Shown: positions 27,328-40,208 of the stretch, in pieces | Position numbering within the stretch: the stretch's first letter is position 1 | Layout: every line of letters begins with the position of its first letter | Origin: Octopus sinensis | Taxonomy: Eukaryota | Assembly (NCBI RefSeq): GCF_006345805.1 | Contig: NC_043003.1 | Coordinates: 20,460,001-20,524,000 of the forward strand | Reading direction: 5' to 3' | Length of the DNA stretch: 64,000 nt | Translations under genes and position numbers: made by a program | The notes under the pieces: model-generated | What the model was told of the DNA's origin: nothing | The model's input: the letters and a program-made list of their open reading frames with translations, nothing else | Database searches by the model: none

Positions 27328-27882
27328 GAATAGCAAAATTATTTTACAGGATGTCTGTGTGCTTGAAATGCTAGCTTTACAACCACGTGATTTTAGGATC
27401 AGTTCCACTGCGTGACATCTCGAACTCGTGTCTTCTACAGTTGAATGTCTTGTAAGTGAATGTGATAAATAGAAACTGTGTGGAAGCCCATAATGCATTA
27501 TCTCTGTGTGTGTCTTTTTGTTTGTATTTTTCACACCACTGCTTGACAACTGGTTTGTTTTGGTGCTAGTAACTTAGCGACAAAGGGAATCGATAGAATA
27601 AGTATCAAACATTAAAAGAAAAATAAATAAGTACTGGTCGATTTTGTCAATTTGGCTCAAGTAGCATCATTCAAGGCGGTGCTCCAGCATGGCTGCAGTC
27701 CAATAACTGAAACACGTAGAAGAATAACTGATAAAATATTTTCAAAATTAATTGAAAGATTAACTGTGTAATTTCTATAGTTTCAAAGGAACAATGGAAG
27801 AGAACAAAAGATTTAATCGACAGCCGATCTGTATTTGCATGAAATGCTCTAGAATGGCACAAGAGTGTTTAAATCAATACTC

Positions 27883-28049
27883 CAGTGCTCCGCGACCGCT
27901 GTGCAACGAGACGATGATAAGTGTGCTGCCGGATGGCCTGAATATAATTTTCCCCTTATACATTAGTTATATTTTTAGTTCAGGTGTGCCGCCGAATTTT
28001 GAAAAGAATACTAGTGTGTCACAAGTGAAAAAAAGGTTGCGGGGCGCTG
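27883..28049. mobile_element. hAT-like MITE
   Basis: Imperfect 15-bp TIRs cagtgctccgcgacc / ggttgcggggcgctg; 8-bp flanks caatactc / gtctactc share 5 of 8 bases. Confidence 0.45.
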
Positions 28050-28608
28050 GTCTACTCAACCATGGGTTTTCGCTTATAGGTGAAACACGCTGCCCTCACA
28101 AGAGGATTCTCTGTCTTAAATATCCTATGTTACATAACTCACATACATGCACATGCATACATACTCCCACATACACACATACGCATACATACTCTCACAT
28201 ACATATACATGCATACATACACTCTGAAACGGACTCCATTAAAAAAGATGATGTCAAAGAACGATAAAGAAGAAATTAGCTATTATATATTAATTTTCTT
28301 GTTATTTAATCGCAAATGTTATCTTCGGAAATAATCTTTTTTGTGTGTGTGTCTAAGAATGACGATTATAATGTCTGTCATTTACATCGAAATATTAGCA
28401 ATTAATTAATATATTTTTTAAATAATTCTGTAGATAATTCTCATTGCAAACATTGTATTGGCGTGTGACAGCTAGTTATGGTAAACATATGTAGAATAAC
28501 CTATACTGCTAATGACAAGTGAGTGATTAATTATCTGCGGAAAGAGTGATATTAATTATGACGATAACGTAGGCGGGATAAAAAAAAAGAAGCAGAAACA
28601 ATCAGTTA

Positions 28609-28992
28609 TCTATTATATAAAATCCGTTCTGTCTGTGAGTGTGTGTGTGTCTTCTAGGATCTCGGGCATCCTCCATCCGATTGCGCTCAAATTTGATATG
28701 TAGATACCGACGGTATCAGGGCGTGTATAAGTCTTGAAAAAATTACAAAAATCAATTTCAGGTGAGAATTCGATCTACAAAGCCGTGGGAACATGCATTT
28801 GTAAAATCGTTTTTCTTGGAATAGAAAAAAGGCTATCTTTATTTTTTCTTTTGCTGGTGTCTCAAATTTAGGTTAAATCAGTGTTTCTCAAAGAGGAGGT
28901 CTATGGTCGGACAAGTTGTTTTGAGAAAATTTCGTTTAAATGTTTGACAACTCAGCACTGTCCATTGGACGGAGGTGAGGCGTTTTGCTCGT
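28609..28992 (+). mobile_element. Non-autonomous Helitron-like element, copy 2
   Basis: 5' A|TC terminus (tctattatataaaatccgtt); shares 5' and 3' blocks with copy 1. Confidence 0.6.
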
Positions 28993-29358
28993 ACTCTTAT
29001 AAATTGAAGCTATTTGTGTTTGTAGTGTAATCGATAACGGTTTCTCTCTATATTCCGATAACAGAGGGTTCGAATCGCAACAATGGGCGGACTGCTGAGA
29101 TTTTGTTCGAAATTGGTGCTATAATATAAATCATGTATTTATAAGATTTTCTGCCATACGCGTAGCTATGTGCAACCACTTAGTTCAGGGTTCAGTTCCA
29201 CTGCGTGACGCCTTAGGCAAATTTCTTCTGCTATAGCCTGAGGTCAACAAACTCAGTGAGTTGACGGCTTTAATATAATAATGCTTTACTCTGCCTTTGG
29301 TATTCGAGTACTATTCTTTCCACCTTGCTTTGCACACGTGTTGTTATTTGTGTGTGTG

Positions 29359-29391
<33 letters not shown>

Positions 29392-29571
29392 AATTTAAAT
29401 AATATATAAATATATGCATATATACATACATATATGTACATACCTGCATATATATGCAGGTATATACACATGCACGTATGGGTACAGGACATCAAAAAAA
29501 CCTTGAACACAATGAGAAACGAGAACATAAAAACAAAAGCATAGAAACGAGATTTTTTAACATACATGCAT

Positions 29572-29622
<51 letters not shown>

Positions 29623-30975
29623 GATAGATAGATAGATATACACGCATACACGTGCATGCGCATACACACACACACCGTAGACTTTGGCAGCAATTCTGTT
29701 TACCGAACCTCACTCTTATAATATTGGTAAAAAAAATACTATCAAATCTATTCTAACACACGAGTTCACATTAAGAATCTTACGAACCAAATGCAAAAAC
29801 AAAACAAAATATATATTAAATTTTGCAGCAAAGCCTTGGGGTTTTTTTGTAATGAGGTGTTTCGCAGCACAAATATTAATTTAATATTTGAACTGTAATG
29901 TTGACGATATTGTGAAAAACAAAGTGCATTATCTACGATCGGTAGCACATGTAACGTAATCCTGTACAAAGTATTACAAAAAAAATCAATACACATACTA
30001 TGAATCACTAACTGTACTTTTATTTACTTCTCATATAACTGAAAGTGTAGCTATCACCAAGCCATTAAGTGACTCAGGATTTTCGACGCGATGCACAAAC
30101 ATGGTTCTTAAGTAGCTTCTGCAACCCATGTCGTCGACGAATTTTTTTTTTTGCAATATGGCCTTTTGCTGGCATTCGCTTCCTAAATAGGTGTGTTTCA
30201 TCAATAATAACAATGTGTCGGCGTGTATAACTATATTATTCTATTTATTCTTTTAATTGTTTCGAGAACCGAATTTTTGCATCAGTATCAGCGCTCGTAG
30301 CTGCTTTTTTGCCCGTATACATTATGGCTGTCATAATTCATATACACTCAAGCGTGCACACACACAGAGGCACACTTAAGCTGTTATTGTTTAAAATAAA
30401 TGTCTTACATAGAGACACCTTCCTGATTTACGTGTCATAAAAATAGATGAATATTTCGAGCAGATAACTTTTCTGTAACAGGCGTGTTAAATATTTGTAT
30501 ATATTCGTTTATTCATGTCAGTAGGTGCGAAGAATAAAGCTGACTACTTGTCTACCACGTACACTCGCAGATTGCCAGAACTGCTCTCTTATAATTTAAA
30601 TCAACTATCAGCTTTGGACCATAAAAATTGTAGATTGAATTGAACGACCCTTCCCCATACAAACACTCACAAACAACACACACTATACATACACACACGT
30701 TTTGAAGGTAGATCTGTGAAAAATGTTTTCCAATATATTTTTGGTTATTTATAATCTCGTGTTTTGTTTCGTAAGTTATTGGTTTCCACTACAATATATT
30801 TTCAAATACATTCACTTGTATACTATATTTTCGTTTCGACATATTGGAAAGAGTATTCAAAAGTTATAACACAAACGGGTAACGGGAGAGATTGTGAAAA
30901 TAAAATGTGCAAACGAGGTCAACATGCAAACTATCAGAATGGTTGAATAAATGACCAAATTCTAATACGTCTATT

Positions 30976-31330
30976 TGAACCTGTGTATTGCCCATAGTAA
31001 AATCGATGTCATTAAAGCACTTTCATAGAGAAATTTCCAATAAGTATATTGAGATTGCATTTTTCAGTGTGTGTGTGTATACACAAATACGCACGCATAC
31101 ACACACATAAACACACACTTACACATATACGTATACCTTTGAATTTCCTCACCTTTGTCCAAAGGTTTTTTTTTCATTTATTCTTCTACATATGAATTTT
31201 CAAACCGATTGAAATCGCCGTCGTTTCTTATCAAACCCAACCCACATATTTCACTACCAGAATAGCTCCTTGCTATCACATATGAAACCAATTCACCGAA
31301 CGAGATGCCCAGCTATATAAAGCACTGTGC
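30976..31330. repeat. 355-bp insertion, inverted copy of 33172-33529, flanked by a 29-bp direct repeat
   Basis: ataaatgaccaaattctaatacgtctatt at 30947-30975 and 31331-31359; insert matches the reverse complement of 33172-33529 with about 8 substitutions and 2 small indels. Confidence 0.9.
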
Positions 31331-31439
31331 ATAAATGACCAAATTCTAATACGTCTATTATGTTAATCGAAATATTAGCGTAGTCATTAAGAATGTTTAG
31401 CCATTGTTCAATTTCCTCATTACCATTCTCTTTTTCACT

Positions 31440-31620
31440 CACTTTATGTTACACTAATTTTTACGATGAAGGACTAACGTCCGAAACGGTTAGATATTTT
31501 CTCATACCAACACAGTGAATTTTATATTATCCATGTTATCGTCCTGCTATATTAGCTTACTTTTTGAGCGTCAACTCCATAGCGTGTTACTAAGTTGAGA
31601 ACACAGATTTAGTGGAAAGA
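31440..31620 (+). mobile_element. Possible Penelope terminal remnant with degenerate hammerhead motif (31463-31491)
   Basis: ACGATGA-A-GGAC-TAAC-GTCC-GAAAC-G-GTT. Confidence 0.4.
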
Positions 31621-31773
31621 CGTTTTGACGTATATTTTTAGCATACAAGGGATCCATATAGTGACTTCTCATACGGTTTACTTTAAAGAAATTTACACAA
31701 GCATACATAATTACTTAGACGTAAACATAAATCCGTGCGTACCCACATATATATCAATATTTTTCTCCCCAAA

Positions 31774-32172
31774 GGCGGCGAGATAGCAGAGAAGTTAGCA
31801 CGCCAGGCGAGATGCTTAGCGGTATTTCGTCTATCTTTACGTTCTGAGTTCAAATTTCGCCGAGGTCGACTTTGCCTTTCATCCTTTCGGGGTCGATTAA
31901 ATAAGTACCAGTTACGCACTGGGGTCGATATAATCGACTTAATCCGTTTGTCTGTCCTTGTTCGTCCTCTCTGTGTTTAGCCCCTTGTGGGTAGTTAAGG
32001 AATAGGTATTTCGTCTATCTTTACGTTCTGAGTTCAAATTCCTCCGAAGTCGACTTCGCCTTTCATCCTTTAGGGGTCGATAATTTAAGTATGCGTTGCG
32101 TACTGGGGTCCATCAAATCGACTGGCCCCTTCCCCAAAAATTTCGGGCCTTGTGCCAAGAGAAGGAAAGAAT
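31774..32172 (+). mobile_element. SINE-D dimer (head-body-tailB-body-tailA; 184-bp period)
   Basis: gtattt at 31822 and 32006. Confidence 0.9.
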
Positions 32173-32218
32173 ATTTATCTCTTTGTATGTCCCGTGTATC
32201 ATATATGATAAACGATAA

Positions 32219-32523
32219 ACGTGGCTCTTTTCAAACCTAGCCAGGCTCATGGGCCCGGTTTCCCAGTTTCTGTGAAGTATGTGTACCCCCCAGCTGGATG
32301 GGACGCCAGTCCATCGCAGCGTTACTCAAGAAACAGGAAGAAAAAGTTAGAGAATGTTGTGGCGAAAGAGTACAACAGGGGTCGCGACCACCCCCTGCCG
32401 GAGCCTCGTGGAGCTTTCAGGTGTTTTCGCTCAATAAACACACACAACGCCCGGTCTGGGAATCGAAACCACGATCCTCCGACCGCGAGTCCGCTGCCCT
32501 AACCACTGAGCCATTGTGCTTCC
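32219..32523 (-). mobile_element. SINE-A, tail type 1
   Basis: Reverse complement of the 5217 copy over its full length. Confidence 0.9.
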
Positions 32524-32771
32524 ACATCATATGTGATATGCAGGACATATTTCGCTGACATCTATGCATCATACATGATAATCATTCCGATTTTACTTTT
32601 CGATCACCAAAGCAATTTGGTATATATGAATGGAAAGTTTGATATTATTCAGAAAGTACAAAACAAGGTGTAAATAAGAGTCCTAAAACGAACATGGACT
32701 TTTAGGACAAAGTTATTAAAATAAATTGGCCAGGCAAAATCTTAAAGGATGTTTGCATGATATAAAATAAT

Positions 32772-33027
32772 AATAAATAAATGCGCCCTTTTAAAGCCTA
32801 ACCAGGCTCATGGGCCCGGTTTCCCGGTTTCTATGGTGTATGTGTTTTCCAGCTGGACAGGACGCCAGTCCACCGCAGCGTTACTGATTTTTGCCAGCTG
32901 AGTGAACTGGAGCAACGTGAAATAAAGTGTTTTGCTCAAGAACACAGCGCATCGCTCAGTCCAGGAATCGAAACCACAATCTTATGATCATGATGCTGAC
33001 ACCCTAACCACTAAACCACGCGCCTCC
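32772..33027 (-). mobile_element. SINE-B (tRNA head plus CORE-like segment) carrying tail type 1
   Basis: Head ggaggcgcgtggtttagtggttagggtg; ctgtgttcttgagcaaaacac; tail shared with SINE-A; 13-bp TSD catgata(t/c)aaaat. Confidence 0.85.
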
Positions 33028-33171
33028 ACATGATACAAAATGGGCGAACATTAATTGGAAAAAGGATTCACTGGAGTATAAAGAGATATTATTCATGATA
33101 TGTAACTGACAGTGATTTCTCTCTATTGCTAGATATGCTGGCGTCGCCAGAGAGTGAGAAATGTTCTAACT

Positions 33172-33529
33172 GCACAGTGCTTTATATAGCTGGGCATCTC
33201 GTTCGGTGAATTGGTTTCATATGTGATAGCAAGGAACTATTCTGGTAGTGAAATATGCGGGTTGGGTTTGATAAGAAACGACGGCGATTTCAATCGGTTT
33301 GAAAATTCATGTGTAGAAGAATAAATGAAAACAAAACCTTTGGACAAGGGTGAGGAAATTCAAAGGTATACGTATATGTGTAAGTGTGTGTTTATGTGTG
33401 TGTATGCGTGCGTATTTGTGTACACACACACTGAAAAATGCAATCTCAGTATACTTATTGGAAATTTCTCTATGAAGGTGCTTTAATGACATCGATTTTA
33501 CTATGGGCAATCCACAGGTTACGGGTTCA
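33172..33529. repeat. Presumed donor segment for the 30976-31330 insertion
   Basis: Reverse-complement match; has no flanking duplication of its own. Confidence 0.85.
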
Positions 33530-33679
33530 TTCTTCGAAAATTACGAAGTTTCCAGTCTGTTATTGACAGCTCATGTCTTGCTTTCCAGGAGCAACGAGTG
33601 TATATGTTCAAGCACATCATTTAACAGCTTTCTGCCTGAAAATACACACACACAAACACACACATACACACACACCACA

Positions 33680-33716
<37 letters not shown>

Positions 33717-33815
33717 CATTTGATATATAATATATAATATATTATATATATATATATATATTTGATATATTAATATATATATATTTGATATATTAATATA
33801 TATATATATATCTAT

Positions 33816-33861
<46 letters not shown>

Positions 33862-33875
33862 GTGTGTATATATTT

Positions 33876-34105
33876 TTTATCTTTTACTTGTTTCAGTCAT
33901 TTGACTGCAGCCATACTGGAGCACCAACTTAGGCTTATTTTGTAAAGCCTGGTACTTATTCTATCATCAATTTGGCCGAACCGCTAAGTTACTGGAACAT
34001 AAACACACCAACACTGGTTGTCAAGCGGTGGTGGGTGACACATACGGAAATAAACTCATAGATATATACATATACTGTATATGTATATATATATATATAT
34101 ATATA

Positions 34106-34147
<42 letters not shown>

Positions 34148-34310
34148 ATATATTTAAAGGGGTTCTTTCATTTTCCGTCTACCAAATCCACTCGCAAGGC
34201 TTCTATCAGTCCATGATAACGACAGAAGACACATGCCTAAGGTGCCACTCAGTTAGACTGAACCCAGAACCGTGTGGTTGGGAAACAAGCTTCTTACCAC
34301 GCAGCCACGC
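33876..34310 (-). mobile_element. SINE-C with expanded internal (TA)n
   Basis: 3' part at 33876-34040 and 5' part at 34160-34310, separated by a TA-rich tract. Confidence 0.75.
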
Positions 34311-34390
34311 CCGGTTAGTCGGCATTATTTCTTTAGGAGCATAGGGCTAGTTTTCCAGTTACTCTGGTGAACATATTACTCCCTAGATAC

Positions 34391-34804
34391 TCTTTTACTC
34401 TTTTACTTATTTCAGCCATGTGACTGTGGCCATACTGGAGCACTGCCTTTAGTCGAGCAAATCGACCCCAGCACTTATTCTTTGTAAGCCTAGTACTTAT
34501 TCTATCGGTTTCTTTTGCCGAACCGCTAAGTTACGGGGACGTAAACACACCAGCATCGGTTGTCAAGTGATATTGGAGGTGACAAACACAGACACACAAA
34601 CATATACACACACACATACATATATATACATACATATATACGACGGGCTTCTTTCAGTTTCTGTCTACCAAATCCACTCACAAAGCTTTGTTCTGCCCGA
34701 CTCTATAGTAGAAGACACTTGCCCAAGGTATCACGCAGTGGGGCTGAACCCGGAATCATGTGGTTCGTAAACGAGCTACTTACGACACAGCCACTCTAAC
34801 GCCT
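34391..34804 (-). mobile_element. SINE-C full length
   Basis: Complete match to family. Confidence 0.9.
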
Positions 34805-34821
34805 ACGCCTAATTTTTTACC

Positions 34822-34950
34822 AGCAGAGTGGTCTGGAGCAATGTGAAATGAAGTGTTTTGCTCATGAACCAAACGCATTGCCAAGTCGAGGAATCGAAAC
34901 CATAAAATTATAATCATGAGCCCAATACCTAATCACCAGCCAAGCTTCTC
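34822..34950 (-). mobile_element. SINE-B 5' part
   Basis: ggagcaatgtgaaatgaagtgttttgctca...ggaatcgaaacc. Confidence 0.6.
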
Positions 34951-35759
34951 CACACTCTTTCTCTCTCTTTCTATTTCTTTCTGTATATACGTGTGTGTGA
35001 CAGAGAGAGAGCGTATCGATGCGTCCATCTATTTCTATATATCGTTTGTCTCTCATTAACTATACACCGCTGAGACGACTGCCTGTTTTTTTTTAAATTT
35101 TGCTTTGATAACATCATGAAATAACTTGTGAGGAAGATATGCGCAACTCAAAGCCTTCACGACGATGTTATAGTATGTCTACCGACAACGACAGAAGTCA
35201 GCAAAAGAAACTACAGAATATATGTAAATATGATGGCACTCGGTGTTTTGTGTCTGCACAAAAGCAAACATCAAATGCAGTGAAGGTGATGACATTTGGA
35301 AGGGATACGGACTGTGAGTGGGTGAATCGAATTATGGATGGTGGAACGTGCACGGACTGTTTGAAGAAGGTAGCTATTGATTTTTAAAGGAATAATCAAT
35401 CAAATTACAAGAGTAGAGAATAATTTGATATATGGTGAAACCCTTACGTCTTCAAAGGCGACTTACATTTGAAAATAGTGGAAGGATGTACTATTCATCT
35501 TGTCAATCTAACGGTGTGTTTGACAGTATACGTACATATGTAAGTACGAACATACACACACACGCACATGCACATACACACACATAGACACACAAATTCG
35601 CACGCACAATCACAGACACACTTACACAATTGCACATCTATACGTAAATGTACATGTGTACAAAGATACACACAAAAATATACTGCCAAAACAATTTTGG
35701 AGGCATAGTTCTGTCTCAATTTTTTAATATATTTACTTGTATATGAAGTACTGTGTGTG

Positions 35760-35813
<54 letters not shown>

Positions 35814-36069
35814 TGTGTGTGCATATATATATAGATATATATATACATATATATACATACATATAAATGTGCATATATGTATGTACATATATATATACAT
35901 ACATATATATATACATGAATACACACACATGCACACACACATACATATATAAAACAGAAATTTGTAGCTTTTATTTTAGCAATATGGGTGTTCGAACACC
36001 CTAGTCATACTTGGTGACAATTATAGTTTTCTTTTTTTGTAACACATTGCATACTGCTGTCTATATTAA

Positions 36070-36108
<39 letters not shown>

Positions 36109-36857
36109 ATTACAATTGATGCAGCTCAGAATTTTGTCAGTGAAAACGTCGCGGTCTCAAAGTGACAAAAATATTTTGGAAAATTAAATTTAAATGCTGA
36201 AGGGAATCTAACGGTTTTTTTGTGTGTTTTTAAATGGCTTATAAAAACATTCCACGCTGCAATTGTTTTTGTTTCAGCACACAATCTCAAATGAATTCAA
36301 TAGTTTTTGAAACTACGAGGGAAACAAATGAAAAACAGGACAAGTAACTTAAGGACGACCCTTCATCTTTTGCCGGCTGTCTTTCTACTCCTGATTTCGA
36401 GCACTGAACGACAGTATGAATCTCCGAAGACAGTTGCTCCCATTAATACCAAAATAAAATTTGGGATTTATGGAGGGTCAAAGTTGAGAACAAAACCAGG
36501 ATAGTGGAGACACACAAGCAAACCGAACAAAAACAAATATGGAGGGCCGTTAGACAAGAACGAGGGTAAATAGCGAACGCTAGCGAAATATTTTCTTTGA
36601 AAACAGAAAACACAGAGAGATAGGATACGCCCTGTTCTTCGGACAGTCCCGTTTTCTTTCTCATCCTATTCTCTAATTCCACTTTCCTCCCCTTCACCGT
36701 TTTCTATCTGTCTCTCTATCTCTTCCCTTTATTCTTCTTTTCTTTTTCTCGTTGCTCACACGTGACCATCGTCCTTTTTTCTTTTACTCGTATTATTTGA
36801 TCGAACGCAAGTAAGTTTATCTTATGTATATATATATTATATATATATATATATATA

Positions 36858-37074
36858 TGAGGAGCTGCTGAAAAGTCCCTGGCTTCAAGAGTATCGCGAA
36901 AGGCCTAGCTGGAGGCTCAACGTTCTGTGTTCTTCTACATGGCTTAAAAAAACTGAAGCACCGCTGCAATAAGCGTGTGAATCTGAGAGGAGAATACTTT
37001 CAATAATATCATAATTAAGTGATCCTCTTGTATTTTCTTTTTACCAAAAGTCAGAAACTTTTTAGTATCACACG
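36858..37074 (+). mobile_element. mariner-derived MITE in a (TA)n site
   Basis: Imperfect TIRs tgaggagctgctgaaaagtccctggc / gtcagaaactttttagtatcacacg; C-terminal remnant GLKKLKHRCNKRVNLRGEYFQ*. Confidence 0.6.
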
Positions 37075-37079
37075 TATAT

Positions 37080-37300
37080 ACAGTACTTCTTGGTACCCCA
37101 AACATTGCAGCTGTTTTCGTTGCGCTAGCGCCTGTCATACAAGCACCAACAATTGGACCTCTTTGAAAGTCCGATAGATCTGTCATTTTACTGAATTTTA
37201 ATTACCTTTTTCTCATGATATCTCAAGAGAAACAGAAATTTTAGCCAAACATATCAAGCAACACTAATAATAAATCAAAACAACATAAAAATAAACAAGC
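37080..37300 (-). mobile_element. Tc1-like 5' fragment
   Basis: MTDLSDFQRGPIVGACMTGASATKTAAMFGVPRSTV, a typical Tc1 HTH N-terminus. Confidence 0.7.
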
Positions 37301-37604
37301 TTGTGAATGAATTTGGTAGATGGAAACTGTGAGGAAACCTATCCTGTATATGTGTGCGTATCTTTGAGGTCTTTCACTCTCCACAGTTTGACAACCCGTG
37401 TTGATGTGTTTACGTCCTCGTAACTTAGCGGTTGGGCAAAAGCAAAAGACAGAATAAGTATCAGATTTGTAAAGGAGTAGTAGGGTTTATAAAAATTAGG
37501 CTCCAGGAAATTGCTATATAGAATGGTGTGGCATGTTAACCAAAACTATAAACCTTTAATTTATTACAAAATCTTCTTTGTGAAGTTGGGTATCCTAGTA
37601 TTTA

Positions 37605-37860
37605 AAGTGTGGCACTTGCCATCGTACTATCGTGGTCTTAGTTCCTGGTCCGAGCAGTGTGTTGTGTTCTTGAGCAAAACACTTCATTTCATGTATCTTC
37701 AATCAATCACACTCAGCTTTGAATATGTTGAAGCAGTAGATGAGAAGTTAACCCTGCGACGGACTGAAGTACGGTTCAGTACAGGGATGTGTAGAAATCT
37801 CACTCACTCATACGCCATGGAAACTGGGTTAAAATCCAGCCTTATGAGTCTAAGAGTAAG
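37605..37860 (+). mobile_element. SINE-B, degenerate
   Basis: gtgttgtgttcttgagcaaaacacttcatttc...taaccctgcgacggactg. Confidence 0.55.
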
Positions 37861-38207
37861 TCTACTTGGTTACTATTTTCTTCGTTGTTACAGTTGCCAT
37901 GTTTTGGAAGTTCACTGTATTTCTGTACCCAGCCAGCAAGCCAGCCAGCAAAAGCAGCCAGCAAGCCAGACAACAAGCTAGCCAGCAGTGTATCATGTAT
38001 AAAAATGATTCTCTAATTGCAATTTCTAGTCAATGTTGTTTGTGAAGAGATGTTCTATAGTATTAACAAGATTCTTGAGACATTTTTCTTGCTGTTTGCA
38101 TTTAATGTTTGCGAAATCTTACATGCAGTATTTGAAAATTGAGCATCTTTTGAAATATCTTTTTTTTATTATGAGCACAAAGCATGAGATTTTAGAGCAG
38201 GAGGAGA

Positions 38208-38553
38208 ATGGATTAAATCGACCAGTGCTTAACCGGTACTCATTTTATCGATCCCGAAGGGTGAAAAACTAAGTCGACCTCGGCGAAATTTTAACTCAGA
38301 AAGTGAAGATGGATGAAATACCTATTTCTTTACTGCCCACAAGGGGCTAAACATAGAGGGAACAAACAAGGACAGACAAACGGATTTAGTCGATCACATC
38401 GACCCCAGTGCGTAACTGGTACTTATTTAATTGACCCCGAAAGGATGAAAGGCAAAGTCGACCTCGGCGGAATTTGAACTCAGAACGTAACGGCAGACGA
38501 AATACGGCTACGCATTTCGCCCGGCGTGGTAGCGTGTCTGCCAGCTTGCCACC
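38208..38553 (-). mobile_element. SINE-D dimer
   Basis: Junction gaaatacctatttct at ~38316. Confidence 0.85.
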
Positions 38554-38889
38554 TTAAAATCTCTTGAACTATAATAATTCTTTCTGTTAGTTTTGTTACT
38601 GTTGTTGTTTTACTGTTTTATGTTTGTTCTTTAATATGTTAGATTCAGTGTGGTGGAGTGTAACCCCCACCACTTCGCTGATTAAATTTTTGTTGTTAAT
38701 GTAACGTGTTCATCGTACACAAATCAGTCCTTGCAGCATCTTTCTGTTGGCTTATGAAAACAAAATGTGCATCCTATGCCATACGACATGTGGAGAATCC
38801 AAGAAAGTATTCCCACAGTAAGATAACGAGTTGACTTGGTTTCCGTATTTCAGTTAGGTAAATAAAAAAGGTAAAATTACCTTTTCGAT

Positions 38890-39118
38890 TCATGCTGACT
38901 CTCAAGGGCCGGTTTCACAGTAGCATGGCGTTTATATTCCCCACCCAGACAGAACGCCAGTCCATCAAAGGGTTACTCATATTTGCCAGCTGAGTGAACT
39001 GCAGCAATGTGAAATGAAGTATTTTGCTCAAGAACACAAAACGTCGCCCTGTCCAGGAATCGAAACCACAATCTTAAAATCATGACTCGAACACCCTAAC
39101 CACTGGCCACACGCCTCC
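38890..39118 (-). mobile_element. SINE-B, older copy
   Basis: Colinear with 32772-33027 over the head and CORE-like segment; related tail. Confidence 0.75.
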
Positions 39119-39324
39119 GCAATGCACGGAACGGACTATACGTAGTTCCTGCTAAGGGTTAAACATTAAAAAAGTGAAGAATAAAATTGCTATTGTATTG
39201 CTATAGGTAACGGTTTTACAAATTGAACTCGGTTCTTACTCATTGACTTACTGATATTTCAACCAAAGCACATTATCCTACTTGTTTTAATTATCCAGTT
39301 TAAAAATTAGACATTTCTCTCGCT

Positions 39325-39468
39325 GTGTGGTGAAAAAGCTCGCTTTGCAACCATATGGTTTCAGGTTCAGACCCACAGCTTGGCAGCTTGGGGAAATGTC
39401 ACTGTAGTCCTGTGCATACTAATGCTTTGTGAATAAATCTGGTAGAGAGAAACTGCATTGAAGCCGAT

Positions 39469-39513
<45 letters not shown>

Positions 39514-39517
39514 TATA

Positions 39518-39568
<51 letters not shown>

Positions 39569-39740
39569 GTGTGTGTGTGGTGTGTATATATGTGTGTGTG
39601 TGTGTTTGTGTGTATGTGTGTGTGTGCGTACGTGCGTGTGTGTACAGCTATATTTGTATTTGTACTCCGCCGTTTGACAACCGGTGTTAGTTTATTTACG
39701 TACCTGAAACCTAGCGGTTCGCCACAGAGTTCGATAGAAG
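39325..39740 (+). mobile_element. Old SINE-C, interrupted at its 3' part by a younger copy
   Basis: Degenerate head and body; stops at gatagaaga. Confidence 0.65.
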
Positions 39741-39750
39741 ATATATATAC

Positions 39751-40124
39751 AGGTGCATGAGTGGGTGTGTGGTAAGTAGCTTGCTTACTAACCACATGGT
39801 TCCGGGTTCAGTCCCACTGCCTGGCACCTTGGAGAAATATTTTCTACAACAGTCTCGGGCCGACGAAGGCCTTGTGAGTGGATTTGTTAGACATAAACTG
39901 AAAGAAGCCTATCGGATATATATATATACGCTTGTATGTCTGTATTTGTTACCCAACATAGCTTGGCAACCAATACTGGTGTGTTTACTCCCGTAACCTA
40001 GCGGGTCGCCAAAAGAGACCGATAGGATAAGTACTAGGGTTACAAAGAATAAGTCCTGGGGTCGATTTGCTCGACTAAAGGCGGTGCTCCGGCATGGCTG
40101 CAGTCAAATTACTGAAATAAAACA
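39751..40124 (+). mobile_element. SINE-C full length, nested, with TSD
   Basis: Flanked by atagaaga plus TA repeats at 39734 and 40125. Confidence 0.85.
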
Positions 40125-40163
40125 ATAGAAGAATATATATATATACACACACACACATGCATT

Positions 40164-40208
<45 letters not shown>

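Noticed and set aside
27794-28267. 157-aa ORF
   Set aside because: Spans a hAT-like MITE and a CA microsatellite; no recognisable domain.
30030-30260. Minus-strand IVIIDETHLFRKR resembling a Merlin/ISXO2 transposase motif
   Set aside because: One short motif, no TIRs, heavily frameshifted; cannot be supported without a profile search.
35139-35387. 82-aa ORF in non-repetitive sequence upstream of the exon
   Set aside because: No recognisable motif or convincing splice sites in any frame; needs BLASTX or RNA-seq.
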